From Lautropia sp. (GTDB taxonomy: Bacteria > Pseudomonadota > Gammaproteobacteria > Burkholderiales > Burkholderiaceae_E): a DNA stretch of 64,000 bases. The translations under genes were made by a program, and so were the position numbers. The stretch is taken from assembly GCA_030528325.1 (NCBI GenBank), contig JAUMZD010000016.1, positions 1 to 64,000 of the forward strand. The letters are read 5' to 3'. Below are positions 33,889 through 45,000 of this stretch, piece by piece; the first letter of the stretch is position 1; each line of letters starts with the position of its first letter. The notes beneath the pieces are model-generated. The model ran no database searches. It was not told the DNA's origin and was given only the letters and a program-made list of their open reading frames with translations.

Positions 33889-36800
33889 TCAGCGCAGACG
33901 TTCTGCCAGCACCTCCACCGGATGCCGCAGCCGTTCTCCGGCCATCCGCTTGACCTGGCTGCGGCAGGAGTAGCCGGTGGCGAGCGCCTCGCCGCGTTCG
34001 GCGGCCGCCTCAATCTGCGCCTGCCACGACTGGCTGTAGATGGTCTTCGAGGTGTCCAGGTTGCGGCTTTCGTGCCCGTAGGTGCCTGCCATGCCACAGC
34101 AGCCGGTGGCGGGGGCATTCAGCGTCAGGCCGAACTGACGGAACAGCTTCACCCATTGCGCGGTGCTGTCCGGCGCATTGGTCTTTTCAGTGCAATGGCC
34201 CAGCAGGCGATAGATGGGTGAGGCCGGCATCCGGGCCTGAGGGCTGGCCGGCATGGCCGATGGGGTATCGCCCTGTCGGGGGGCTGCCGGGGGGTGCAAG
34301 GTTTCGGTCGGCGGGTGTGTGGCGGCTGAAGGCTGGGCAGGCTGCCGTGTGGCGGGCGCTGATGCCATGGCACCGCCCAGTGCCGCCTCGATGACGTCGC
34401 CCACCGTCAGCAGCCATTCCTGCGGCAGCATCACTTTGGGCACTTCGCCGATGCCGTCCACCTTCAGGTATTCCTGCCGGTAGATCAGCGTCATCGGTGG
34501 GTCGAGACCCACCAGCGGGATGCCGAAGCCGGCCAGCGCCTGAAGGCCACGGGCGTTTCGGATGGCGGCTCGCTCAAAGGCCGGCAGGAAACCCTGCACC
34601 TGGAGTGGCTTGCCGTTGGGACGTAGCGGTGCCAGCCAGACCTTGAAGCCCAGTCGCGCTGCCAGCTCGATCAGCGCGGCCAGTGGTGCGTTCTCGAAGT
34701 AACGGGTGAAGCTGTCCTGCACCAGGATCACGCTGCGGGCCCGCTCCCCGGCACTGAGGCCCGACAGGGCGGCCGGGGTGGCGGGCCGAACCTGCCACGT
34801 TTTCAGGATGGCACCGAAGTCGCTGCGATCGAGCAGGGGGCTGTCGACCATGCCGAGCCGTTCGGCCAGCAGCTTCTGGCCCCACCGGCTGCCCATCACG
34901 TGGTTGTAGAGGGCCGGCACTTTCGAGAGCAGCGGCATCGAGAATTCCAGTGAGCCGATCAGGTAATCGCGGGCAGGGCGCAGATAACGCTGGTGATAGA
35001 GCTGCAGGAAACGAGAGCGGAAATCCGGCACGTTGACCTTGATCGGGCACTGGCCGGCGCAGGATTTGCAGGCCAGACAGCCGCTCATGGCCTCATAGAC
35101 CTGGTGCGAAAAATCCGGTGTGCCCTGCCGGGCGGCGCGGGTGTTCTGCCAGCGTTGCCACAGGCTGCCGATGAAGGAGGGCGGGTTCTGGGCGGCCGCG
35201 AGGACATCGACCCCGGCACGTCCCTGCAGGCGTAGCCACTCGCGCATCATCGAGGCGCGGCCCTTGGGGGAGTGGATGCGATCCCGCGTGGCTTTCCAGG
35301 ACGGGCACATCGCGTCGTCCGGGTCGTAGTTGTAGCAGGCACCATTGCCGTTGCAGTGCATGGCCGAACCATAGCTTTGCCAGACCCGTTCATCGATCTG
35401 GCGGTCGTGCTCGCCGCGCGTGGGTACGCCGTCGATTTTCAGCAGCCGGGCCGGGCTCTGCCACGGGGTGGCGATCTTGCCGGGGTTCAGCTGGTTGTGG
35501 GGGTCGAAAGCGGCCTTGAGCTGTTGCAGGGTGGGGTACAGGTCCCCGAAATAGCTTTCGGCATATTCCGAGCGGACGCCTTTGCCATGTTCGCCCCACA
35601 GAAGCCCGCCGTGACGCTGGGCCAGGGCCGCCACCTGGTCGCTGATCGGGCGGATCAGCGCGGCCTGCTTCGGGTCTTTCATGTCCAGAGCCGGGCGCAC
35701 ATGCAGCACGCCGGCATCGACGTGACCGAACATGCCATAGCTCAATTGGTAGCTGTCCAGCAGTGCCCGGAACTCGGCGATGAAATCGGCCAGATTCTCG
35801 GGCGGGACGGCCGTGTCTTCGACGAAGGGCAGCGGGCGGGCTTCACCCTGCACGTTGCCCAGAAGCCCGACGGCCCGCTTGCGCATGGCGTAGACCCGCT
35901 TGACGGCATCGGAGCCGATGGCCAGCGTATGGCCCAGCCGTTCGACCGTGGTGTCCTGTTTCAGGTGTTCGATGAAATGCGCCACGCGGGCATCGACCTC
36001 GGCCGGGTCGTCACCACTGAACTCGACGAGGTTGATGCCCAGTGTCGGCCTGTCGGCCTGCGCCGGAAAATACTCGGCCACGCTGTTCCAGACGAAATCG
36101 TTCATCGCCAGCAGCAGCACCTTCGAGTCCACCGTCTCGATCGACAGCGGCTTCAGGGCGATCAGCGCCCGTGCGTCGCGCAGCGCGTCCATGAAGGCGG
36201 CATAGCGCACGTTGACCAGCACCGAGTACTTCGGGATCGGCAGCACGTTCAGGCGGGCTTCGACGATGAAGCCCAGCGAGCCCTCGGCGCCGCACAGCAC
36301 GCTGTTCAGGTTGAAGCGGCCATCCGGCTCGGTCAGGTGGGGCAGGTCATAGCCGGTCAGGCAGCGGTTGAGCTTCGGAAAGCACGCCCGGATCTGCTCG
36401 GCCTTGTCCTCGATGATGCGTCGCGCCGTGCGGTGGACCTTGCCGATGCGCCCTTCCTGCGCACAACGGGCGTCCAGCTCGGCGGTCGTCAGCGGGTGGC
36501 TGTCGAGGCGCTCGCCGCCCAGCAGCACGAAATCCAGCGCCAGCACATGATCGCGGGTCTTGCCGTAGGTGCAACTGCCCTGGCCGCTGGCGTCGGTGTT
36601 GATCATCCCGCCGATCGTTGCCCGGTTGGAGGTGGACAGCTCGGGCGCGAAGAAGAAACCATGCGGCTTCAGCGCGGCGTTGAGCTGGTCCTTGACCACA
36701 CCGGCCTGCACGCGAACCCAGCCTTCCTCGGCGTTGATCTCGAGGATCCGGTTCATGTGCCGGGACAGATCCATCACGATCCCGCTGGTGAGCGACTGCC

Positions 36801-37080
36801 CGTTGGTGCCGGTGCCCCCGCCCCGGGCCGTCACCGCCACGCCGCGATAGTCGGGTTTGGCCAGCAGCCGGGCGATCAGCTCGACATCGGCTGCGTGTTT
36901 CGGAAACACGGCGGCCTGGGGCTGGAACTGATAGATCGAATTGTCGGTGGAGAACAGCGTGCGGGTTGCGTAATCGTCCTGGATCTCGCCTTCGAAACCC
37001 AGGGCACGCGCCTCTGCCAGAAAGGCACGATAGATCAGGGGCAGGTTGTCGGCAGTCAGCGGCAGCGGGGCGATGGGCAT
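33889..37080 (-). CDS. YdiJ-like FAD-binding (GlcD-type) oxidoreductase fused to an Fe-S cluster domain
   Basis: FAD-binding PCMH domain (GVAVTARGGGTGTNGQSL), a C-terminal Cys-rich CCG/4Fe-4S region, about 1060 aa. Start at the ATG at 37080. Confidence 0.7.
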   Translation of the reverse strand: MPIAPLPLTADNLPLIYRAFLAEARALGFEGEIQDDYATRTLFSTDNSIYQFQPQAAVFPKHAADVELIARLLAKPDYRGVAVTARGGGTGTNGQSLTSGIVMDLSRHMNRILEINAEEGWVRVQAGVVKDQLNAALKPHGFFFAPELSTSNRATIGGMINTDASGQGSCTYGKTRDHVLALDFVLLGGERLDSHPLTTAELDARCAQEGRIGKVHRTARRIIEDKAEQIRACFPKLNRCLTGYDLPHLTEPDGRFNLNSVLCGAEGSLGFIVEARLNVLPIPKYSVLVNVRYAAFMDALRDARALIALKPLSIETVDSKVLLLAMNDFVWNSVAEYFPAQADRPTLGINLVEFSGDDPAEVDARVAHFIEHLKQDTTVERLGHTLAIGSDAVKRVYAMRKRAVGLLGNVQGEARPLPFVEDTAVPPENLADFIAEFRALLDSYQLSYGMFGHVDAGVLHVRPALDMKDPKQAALIRPISDQVAALAQRHGGLLWGEHGKGVRSEYAESYFGDLYPTLQQLKAAFDPHNQLNPGKIATPWQSPARLLKIDGVPTRGEHDRQIDERVWQSYGSAMHCNGNGACYNYDPDDAMCPSWKATRDRIHSPKGRASMMREWLRLQGRAGVDVLAAAQNPPSFIGSLWQRWQNTRAARQGTPDFSHQVYEAMSGCLACKSCAGQCPIKVNVPDFRSRFLQLYHQRYLRPARDYLIGSLEFSMPLLSKVPALYNHVMGSRWGQKLLAERLGMVDSPLLDRSDFGAILKTWQVRPATPAALSGLSAGERARSVILVQDSFTRYFENAPLAALIELAARLGFKVWLAPLRPNGKPLQVQGFLPAFERAAIRNARGLQALAGFGIPLVGLDPPMTLIYRQEYLKVDGIGEVPKVMLPQEWLLTVGDVIEAALGGAMASAPATRQPAQPSAATHPPTETLHPPAAPRQGDTPSAMPASPQARMPASPIYRLLGHCTEKTNAPDSTAQWVKLFRQFGLTLNAPATGCCGMAGTYGHESRNLDTSKTIYSQSWQAQIEAAAERGEALATGYSCRSQVKRMAGERLRHPVEVLAERLR

Positions 37081-37426
37081 GGGGCCTGGGTGTACGGCGT
37101 GGCAGGTCGTGCACGGGCGTGTGCCGTGCAGACGCGCGAACAAGGGGGGAGCGCGTCCGTGACACGCTCTGACAAACCTGACAGTATCCCCCCAACCTGC
37201 CCGGCTGGCAATTCAGCGGGGGCGGACATTTGATGACGGAAGGGCGTATGATTGGAGACATGTTTGGAGGACAGGATGGCACAGCTCACGTTATATCTGG
37301 ATGACGCGACCGAACAGCTGATGGAAGAGGCTATTTCGGCCAGCGGTGTGTCCAGAAGTCGATGGGGGGCCGAACTGATCCGTGAAAAACTGGCCCAGCA
37401 ATGGCCGGAGGAGGTTCTGGCGCACT

Positions 37427-38257
37427 TCAAGCTTTCAACGCCTTCGCATGCCAGGCCAGGTGCTCGCCGATGAAGCTGCTGATGAAGTAGTAGCTGTGGT
37501 CGTAACCGGGGCGCAGGTTCAGCACGAGCCTGTGGTCGTGGTCGTCACAGGCCTCGATCAGCAGCTCGGGCTTCAGCTGTTCCTTCAGGAAGCTGTCGTC
37601 TGCGCCCTGATCCACCAGCATCGGCAGGCGCTCCCGGGCCGAGGCCACCAGTGCGACCGTATCGTAGGCCTGCCAGCTGCTCTCGTCTTCTCCCAGATAG
37701 GCGGCAAAAGCCTTCTGCCCCCAAGGCACCTGCGAGGGCGCCACGATCGGGGAAAAGGCCGACACGCTCCGGTAACGGCCCGGGGTGCGAAGCGCCACCA
37801 TCAGGGCGCCATGCCCCCCCATCGAGTGCCCGCTGATCGCACGGGCTGCCGTCACGGGGAAGTGGGCCTCGACCAGGGCCGGCAGTTCCTCGACCACGTA
37901 GTCGTACATCCGGAAGTGACTCGACCACGGCGCTTGAGTGGCGTTCAGGTAGAAGCCTGCGCCCTGGCCCAGGTCATAGGCCGGATCATCGGGCACGCCG
38001 TCGCCGCGAGGGCTGGTGTCCGGGGCCACGATGATCACGCCATGCTCGGCGGCATGGGCCTGGGCGCCGGCTTTCGTGATGAAGTTCTGCTCGGTGCAGG
38101 TCAGGCCCGAGAGCCAGTACAGCACCGGGCATGGGCCCTCCTTCACCTGCGGCGGCAGATAGATGCCGAAGCGCATGGGCGTGCCGGTGCTCGTGCTGTC
38201 ATGTTCCCAGACTTCCTGCACACCGCCGAAACAGGCGTGTTGCTCGATTCTTTTCAT
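37427..38257 (-). CDS. fghA: S-formylglutathione hydrolase (esterase D)
   Basis: FGGVQEVWEHDSTSTGTPMRFGIYLPPQ, GHSMGGHGAL (serine hydrolase GxSxG). Start at the ATG at 38257. Confidence 0.8.
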   Translation of the reverse strand: MKRIEQHACFGGVQEVWEHDSTSTGTPMRFGIYLPPQVKEGPCPVLYWLSGLTCTEQNFITKAGAQAHAAEHGVIIVAPDTSPRGDGVPDDPAYDLGQGAGFYLNATQAPWSSHFRMYDYVVEELPALVEAHFPVTAARAISGHSMGGHGALMVALRTPGRYRSVSAFSPIVAPSQVPWGQKAFAAYLGEDESSWQAYDTVALVASARERLPMLVDQGADDSFLKEQLKPELLIEACDDHDHRLVLNLRPGYDHSYYFISSFIGEHLAWHAKALKA

Positions 38258-38345
38258 CTGCGATGGACTCCGTGGTCTGTCGGTGCTCATGGGGTGTCCG
38301 GATACCTGCTGCACTGTTCGGGCCGCTCAAGAACGGCTTCGTCGA

Positions 38346-39458
<1,113 letters not shown>

Positions 39459-39609
39459 TCAGCTCCAGAAACGGGGGCAGGGGGCGGAACCCGATCCGGC
39501 CTCGGAGGACGGGACGGATCCGAGCACCGCTCATTGTGGCATGGAAGACAGAAGCTTCCATCCAAAACCGCTGGCGACTGGGGGGCGTGTGCCGCTTCCG
39601 TCCGCCAGG

Positions 39610-39658
39610 GGCCGGCGGTGCCGGTTTTCGCCGTCGCGATTCCTACCGCCCAAGCTCC
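39610..39658 (+). repeat. MITE-like family fragment (one end)
   Basis: ggccggcggtgccggttttcgccgtcgcgattcctaccgcccaagctcc. Confidence 0.45.
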
Positions 39659-39677
39659 TGGGGCAAATGGACAGGGC

Positions 39678-41177
39678 TCAGCTGATCGCCAGCCGAAGCA
39701 GCCAGTAGACCAGGGCTGACAGCAGTGCCGAAGCTGGTACCGTCACGACCCAGGCGGCCGCCACCGTCACGAAGTGCGAGCGGCGGACGAGCTTGCGGCG
39801 AGTACGCTCCTCGGGGGCGACCACGAGCTTGCCCTTGCTGATGTTCAGCAGCCGTGCGCGGCGTGCCTCGTGCCATTCCCGAAAGAAGCCGACGCCGAAG
39901 ATGGCACCGACCGCGATGTGGGTCGAGCTGACCGGCAGGCCCAGCCATGAGGCAACGATCACGGTCACGGCGGCCGAGATGGCCACGCAGTAGGCACGCA
40001 TCGGATTCAGCTTCGTGATCTGGCTGCCGACCAGATGGATCAGCCGTGGACCGAAGAGCATCAGACCCATGCTGATGCCCAGCCCGCCGATGACCATGAC
40101 CCAGAAGGGGATGCTGACCTTCGAGCTGCCGATGTCGCCGGTCTCCACCGCATGGACGATGGCCGCCAGCGGGCCGATGGCGTTGGCCACATCATTGGCG
40201 CCATGCGCGAAGGAGAGCAGGGCAGCGGAGGCCACCAGCGGCAGGGAAAAGAGCTTGCGGATCGACTTCTTGCCGTTTTCCAGACCCTCGGACTGCTTGT
40301 GGATCAGGGGGACGGAAGCGAACCAGGCTGCGACACCGACGCCCAGACCGATCAGCACGGAGGCGCCCAGGCCGAGCTTGACGACCTTGGAGAAACCTTT
40401 CAGGGCGAGATAGGTACCGAAGGCGCCTGCCATGAAGCCGATCAGGATCGGCACCCAGCGGCGAGAGGCAGCGATCTTGTCTTCCTGATAGACGATCTTC
40501 GCCTTGATGAAGGCCAGAAAGCCCGCGGCGATCAGACCGCCCATCACGGGGGAGATCACCCAGCTGGCGGCGATGCGCCCGAGTCCGCTCCAGTTCACCA
40601 CATGGGATCCGGCTGCCATGATGCCGGCGCCGACCACGCCCCCGACGATGGCATGGGTGGTGGAAACGGGGGCGCCGATATAGGTAGCGGTGTTGAGCCA
40701 CAGCGCGGCCGCCAGCAGGGCGGCGAGCATGGTCAGGATGAAGGTGCGGGCATCGGCCACGGCGTCAGGCTGCACGATGCCGGATGCGATGGTGTTGACC
40801 ACGTCACCGCCGGCCAGCAGGGCGCCAGCCGTCTCACAGATGGCGGCGATGATCAGCGCACTGCCCAGTGTGAGGGCATTGGCCCCGACGGCCGGCCCCA
40901 TGTTGTTGGCCACGTCGTTGGCCCCGATGTTCAGCGCCATGTAGGCGCCGACCACGGTGGCCACCACGACGACGAAGGTGCCGGGCTGGATCCCCGTGAA
41001 ACCGAGGGCAGCAGCCCCCACCAGCACGATGAAGGCCAGCGCGATACCGGGCGCCACCAGCGGACGGGCCACGAAGGTGGAGGCTTGTTCGATGAAGCCG
41101 ACGCGCTTCAGGTCCTTGTCCAGCGTCTTCCATTTGGTGCGCTGGGGTTGATTGGGGGCGTTGGAGGGCGAGCTCAT
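39678..41177 (-). CDS. Inorganic phosphate transporter, PiT family
   Basis: Duplicated GANDVANxxGP motifs (NIGANDVANNMGPAVGA; HGANDVANAIGPLAAIV) and many TM helices. Confidence 0.8.
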   Translation of the reverse strand: MSSPSNAPNQPQRTKWKTLDKDLKRVGFIEQASTFVARPLVAPGIALAFIVLVGAAALGFTGIQPGTFVVVVATVVGAYMALNIGANDVANNMGPAVGANALTLGSALIIAAICETAGALLAGGDVVNTIASGIVQPDAVADARTFILTMLAALLAAALWLNTATYIGAPVSTTHAIVGGVVGAGIMAAGSHVVNWSGLGRIAASWVISPVMGGLIAAGFLAFIKAKIVYQEDKIAASRRWVPILIGFMAGAFGTYLALKGFSKVVKLGLGASVLIGLGVGVAAWFASVPLIHKQSEGLENGKKSIRKLFSLPLVASAALLSFAHGANDVANAIGPLAAIVHAVETGDIGSSKVSIPFWVMVIGGLGISMGLMLFGPRLIHLVGSQITKLNPMRAYCVAISAAVTVIVASWLGLPVSSTHIAVGAIFGVGFFREWHEARRARLLNISKGKLVVAPEERTRRKLVRRSHFVTVAAAWVVTVPASALLSALVYWLLRLAIS

Positions 41178-41251
41178 ACCGAGAGGCTTCTTTGGATGAA
41201 AATGATCGGGCCTTGTCTGTGGGCGCTGCCGATGCAGGGGCAGCGTCGTCG

Positions 41252-41755
41252 TCAGCTTGCAGCCACCTTGCGCAGCAGCGCCGCCAGTTCGGGCTGGTCG
41301 ACGATGGATGCTGCTTCAGCAAGTTTCCACCAGCGTCGCTCCCGTTGCCCGGCCTCGGGGTAATCGTCCGACAGGGTGGCCTGATCCATCTGGTAGACAC
41401 GGACTTCCACCTGTTGCACGAAGTTGTTCGCCCGTACCTGGGCATGCAGATAACGCCCGATGGACTCGGGGTGGATCCGGCCCTTGATGCCGGCCTCTTC
41501 CCAGGCTTCCTGCTCGGCCGAGCCGATCAGATCCAGTCCGGCGGCGGGCCAGCCCTTGGGCAGTATCCATCGCTTGGTCTTGTGGCGACGGCCACGGCTC
41601 GTCACCATCAGAACCTCACGATCCGCGCCTTCTCCCCGAAGGCAGAGAGCCGCCACCTGCAGGCGCCGTGGACGAAAACCGAGCAGATCACGAAAGATAC
41701 GGAAAATGGCCATGCAGAAGCTTTCTCTGGTCAGTACGGACGGAGAGGCGGCCAA
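41252..41755 (-). CDS. NUDIX hydrolase
   Basis: Nudix-box-like LPKGWPAAGLDLIGSAEQEAWEEAGIKG. The start may be the internal ATG at 41713. Confidence 0.55.
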   Translation of the reverse strand: MAASPSVLTRESFCMAIFRIFRDLLGFRPRRLQVAALCLRGEGADREVLMVTSRGRRHKTKRWILPKGWPAAGLDLIGSAEQEAWEEAGIKGRIHPESIGRYLHAQVRANNFVQQVEVRVYQMDQATLSDDYPEAGQRERRWWKLAEAASIVDQPELAALLRKVAAS

Positions 41756-41763
41756 GCGCTTGT

Positions 41764-41863
41764 GCGGCAGGAGTCACGACGGCGAAAACCGGCCCCGCCG
41801 GGCACAAAAAATGGGCCGGCGCGGCCGGTTTGCAGCCCGCGACTTTCCTGCTGCCCAGGCTCC
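41764..41863 (+). repeat. MITE-like element, internally deleted copy
   Basis: gcggcaggagtcacgacggcgaaaaccggccccgccgggcacaaaaaatgggccggcgcggccggtttgcagcccgcgactttcctgctgcccaggctcc. Confidence 0.55.
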
Positions 41864-42003
41864 CAGGCCACCTCATCATGAAAAGAATACCAGCATCCGG
41901 GCCGGAATGCCCGCAGATGGCCTTCCTGTATCGTCGGTTAGGCGTTTGGCCGGCCGGGAGGCCGACCGGTGGCGGGCAGGTGTGTCCCAACCTGCGGGGC
42001 GGC

Positions 42004-45000
42004 TCAGTGGCGCGTGCGGCTCACCGCCTGGCTGGCCGCATCCGTGCCCTGATGCAGCGGCCGTGCCGGCACGCCGCGCTTGCTCTCGAAGGAGAGGGCG
42101 GGCTGGCCGGTTTCCGTCTGCACGCTGGTGTTCTCACCCTGGGCCTGACGGGCCTTGACCTGCTCGATCACGGTGTTCGAGCAGCTGCCCTCGATGAAGT
42201 CGGCCCGGTGCAGCATGCCTTTCTTCGCGTCGATGAACAGGCTCTGGGCATCGCCTGCGCTCTGGGCGCTGCTGGTCACGAGCCGGCTCCTGCGGGGCAG
42301 GGTGCGGCCGTCGATCTTCAGCACATGGGTGCGTGGGCGCAGACCGCAGTGGCTGTACTTGCCGTGCGCATCCGTCACCATCCAGGTGCCGTTCTGCAGG
42401 TACAGGCGCACACCGGGGATGCCGAGTTCCTCGACATCCTTTTTGGCGTTGCCGTTGCAGTCGACGAAGACCTGACCGGCCACGCAGGCTTCCTCGCTGA
42501 AGATGCCGGCACGAACCTGCACCTTCCAGCGCGACTCGTTCGAGCAGGTCGAGGTGCCGGCCCCGTTGGGGGTCAGACATTCGACGTGCACGCGGTTCGT
42601 GCCATCGCCTTCCAGAGAGCCGACGCCCAGGCGCACGCGGTAGGTGATGATGACATCACCAGGCTGGTGCTGGCCGGGGGCCTTCAGGGACGGACTGCCC
42701 GAACCCTGCCCGTGAGAGGTGAAGTTGCCCGTGTGGAGGCTGCCGGTGCGGTTCCGTCCGTTCGTCGCACCCGGCTTTGCGGCAGCCGTTGCGTCTGTCC
42801 CGGTGCCCTCGATCCGGTCGAGCGTGAGCCGCAGTTCGCGCATGCCCTGTTGCCGGATCTCGACCAGTTGAGCCCCCTGCACGCGCACCGAGCCGGGCTC
42901 GAGCCGGAAGCCGGGCGGCAGCCGGTCGACGACCACCGGCGAGATGGCCGGGCCGGTGCCCTGGTTGCGGATGCGCAGCTGGTAGGTCACTAGATCCCCC
43001 AGCTCGGCGGCTTGGGTGTTGCCCCGTTTTTCGATCGTCAGGCGGGCTTCATCGGCGGGCACCGGGGTGTCGATACAGGCTTGGCTCGTCAGCGGAGCGG
43101 CATCGGGCGTGTCTGCCGAGTGGTTGCGCAGGCTGAGGCGGTTGAAGAGGCCCTTGCCTTCGGCGGCCTCGGTGCTTGCGCAGCGGTTGTTGGCCGTGCT
43201 GCTGCCGTAGGGCACGCGGATCTGGAAATCCATCAGGTAGAGATCCTCGGCGCCGATGGCAAGTGGCTGCTGCTCGGCCAGTGCCCAGCTGCCATCGTTG
43301 GCGGCGGTCACCGACAGGGGGCGGTCGTTCTTCAGGATGCGGGTGCCGATGATCTTCACGTCGGGGTCGAAGGCCGGGGTGTCGATCAGGGAATACAGGC
43401 CCGCGGCACCGGCCTCGTGCTTGACGCTCACGCGGTACTGTACCTGATAGTCACTGGGGGTTCCCGGTACCGGTTGAGGTTCGCCCACGACTTCCTTGAC
43501 CGCCTTCAGTGTGGCGGGAATGTCCTTCAGCTCGATGTGGCAGATGACGTTCTGATGATCGTGCAGCGTCAGCAGATCGTCTTCGAGTGTGCCTTCGGAG
43601 CAGACCCATTTGCCGGTGAGATAGCCTGGTAGTGAAGGCTTTTCCAGCCGGTAGGTACCCGGACGAACCGGGGCGACGGTGACGGGGCGCGTGCCGGTGA
43701 TGCCACTGATGGCGTGGTCGGGCCCCTGTGCACCCACCGTGGTGTCACGCGAGGTAGCGGTGCCGCCGTGGCTGTTGAGCACATCGAGCACGAGCGTCAG
43801 GCTGATGGGCTGGTCGGTGTTGCTGATCGTGCAGGTGGCGTGCTCTCCCTGGGCGAGGCTCAGCTGATGGCCGTCCAGGGTGCCGGCGTCGCACTCCCAG
43901 ACACTGGCCACATACTTGGGCAGCTCATCCTGCCGGAGCGCATAGGTGCCGGGCAGGACGGAAACACCCGTCACGGAGGCCTGCCCCGTGGTGCCAGACA
44001 TCGGGGTGGGGCCGTCGGCGTGCAGGACGAAGTGCTGGGGCGTGGCCTTGCCACCATGGCTGTTGGTCACGGTGGTGGTGAGCGTCAGACGGGCAGGCTC
44101 ATCATCGTAATGGATGGCGCAGACCGCATCGTCATCATGGCCCAGGTTCAGCGTGTACGGGGCAGGCGCTGCGCCGACCTCGGATTCTCCTGGTGTCGAG
44201 GCGTTGCTGGCTGCACCGTGCGGAACGGGTTGGCCGTTGACCGTGCACTGCCATGAACCCGCGCGATAGCCGGGCAGTGGCGTGGCGTTCAGCACATAGG
44301 GGCCCGTCGGCACCTGGATCAGCGTGACGGAGGGGGTACCGCTCGAGCCGTTCAGGGTGGAATCGCCCTGGCCGTTTCGGGCAGCGCTCAGCTGGATGTC
44401 CGAGACCGAACGCTGGCCACCATGGTCATTCGTCAAGGTGCTGACCAGTGTCAGACGTGGCGTGAGCCGGCTTTCGGTGAAGTGATAGCCCGTGGCCATG
44501 TCGCCGGTGCCGAGCGTGATCTGGGCAATGCTGCGGCCATCGGCCGAGACCTGTCCACCGGCGCTGCCGGCATGTGTCTTGCCCGGTTGCTTCGTCACCT
44601 CACTGACACGGGAAAGCGTGTAGGTGCCATCGAGCAGGCCGCCGAATGTCGTCAGCGGTGTGCCGCTGCAGTCTTCGCTGGTGTAGATCTGATGCTTCTG
44701 ATCCGGGGTGAAGGCAAAGTGGCCGTGCTCGTCGGTATGACGGGAGAGCGTGACGGGCTGCCCCTTGCTGTTGGTGCCGCTCAGGCGCACACACTGGCCG
44801 GGCAGGGCCGTGTCCTCGGTGTCGAAGACATTGTCCTGGGTGCCGTCCACGAAGACCCGCCCGGACAGGCCGCTCATCTGACGGACGATCCTGACGTGCA
44901 GGTCCGACTGGGATTCGACATACAGCAGCGGACTGCTCTCGTCAGGCGGGCGCGTGTCGACGTGATTGGCAAAGATGTTGCCATCATGCGACTTGAGCGG

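Noticed and set aside
37252-37473. 73-aa ORF with a possible RHH-like N-terminus (MAQLTLYLDDATEQLMEEA...)
   Set aside because: It has no toxin partner, overlaps the 3' end of fghA by 47 nt on the opposite strand, and has no clear RBS. Likely spurious, though a solo RHH protein cannot be excluded.
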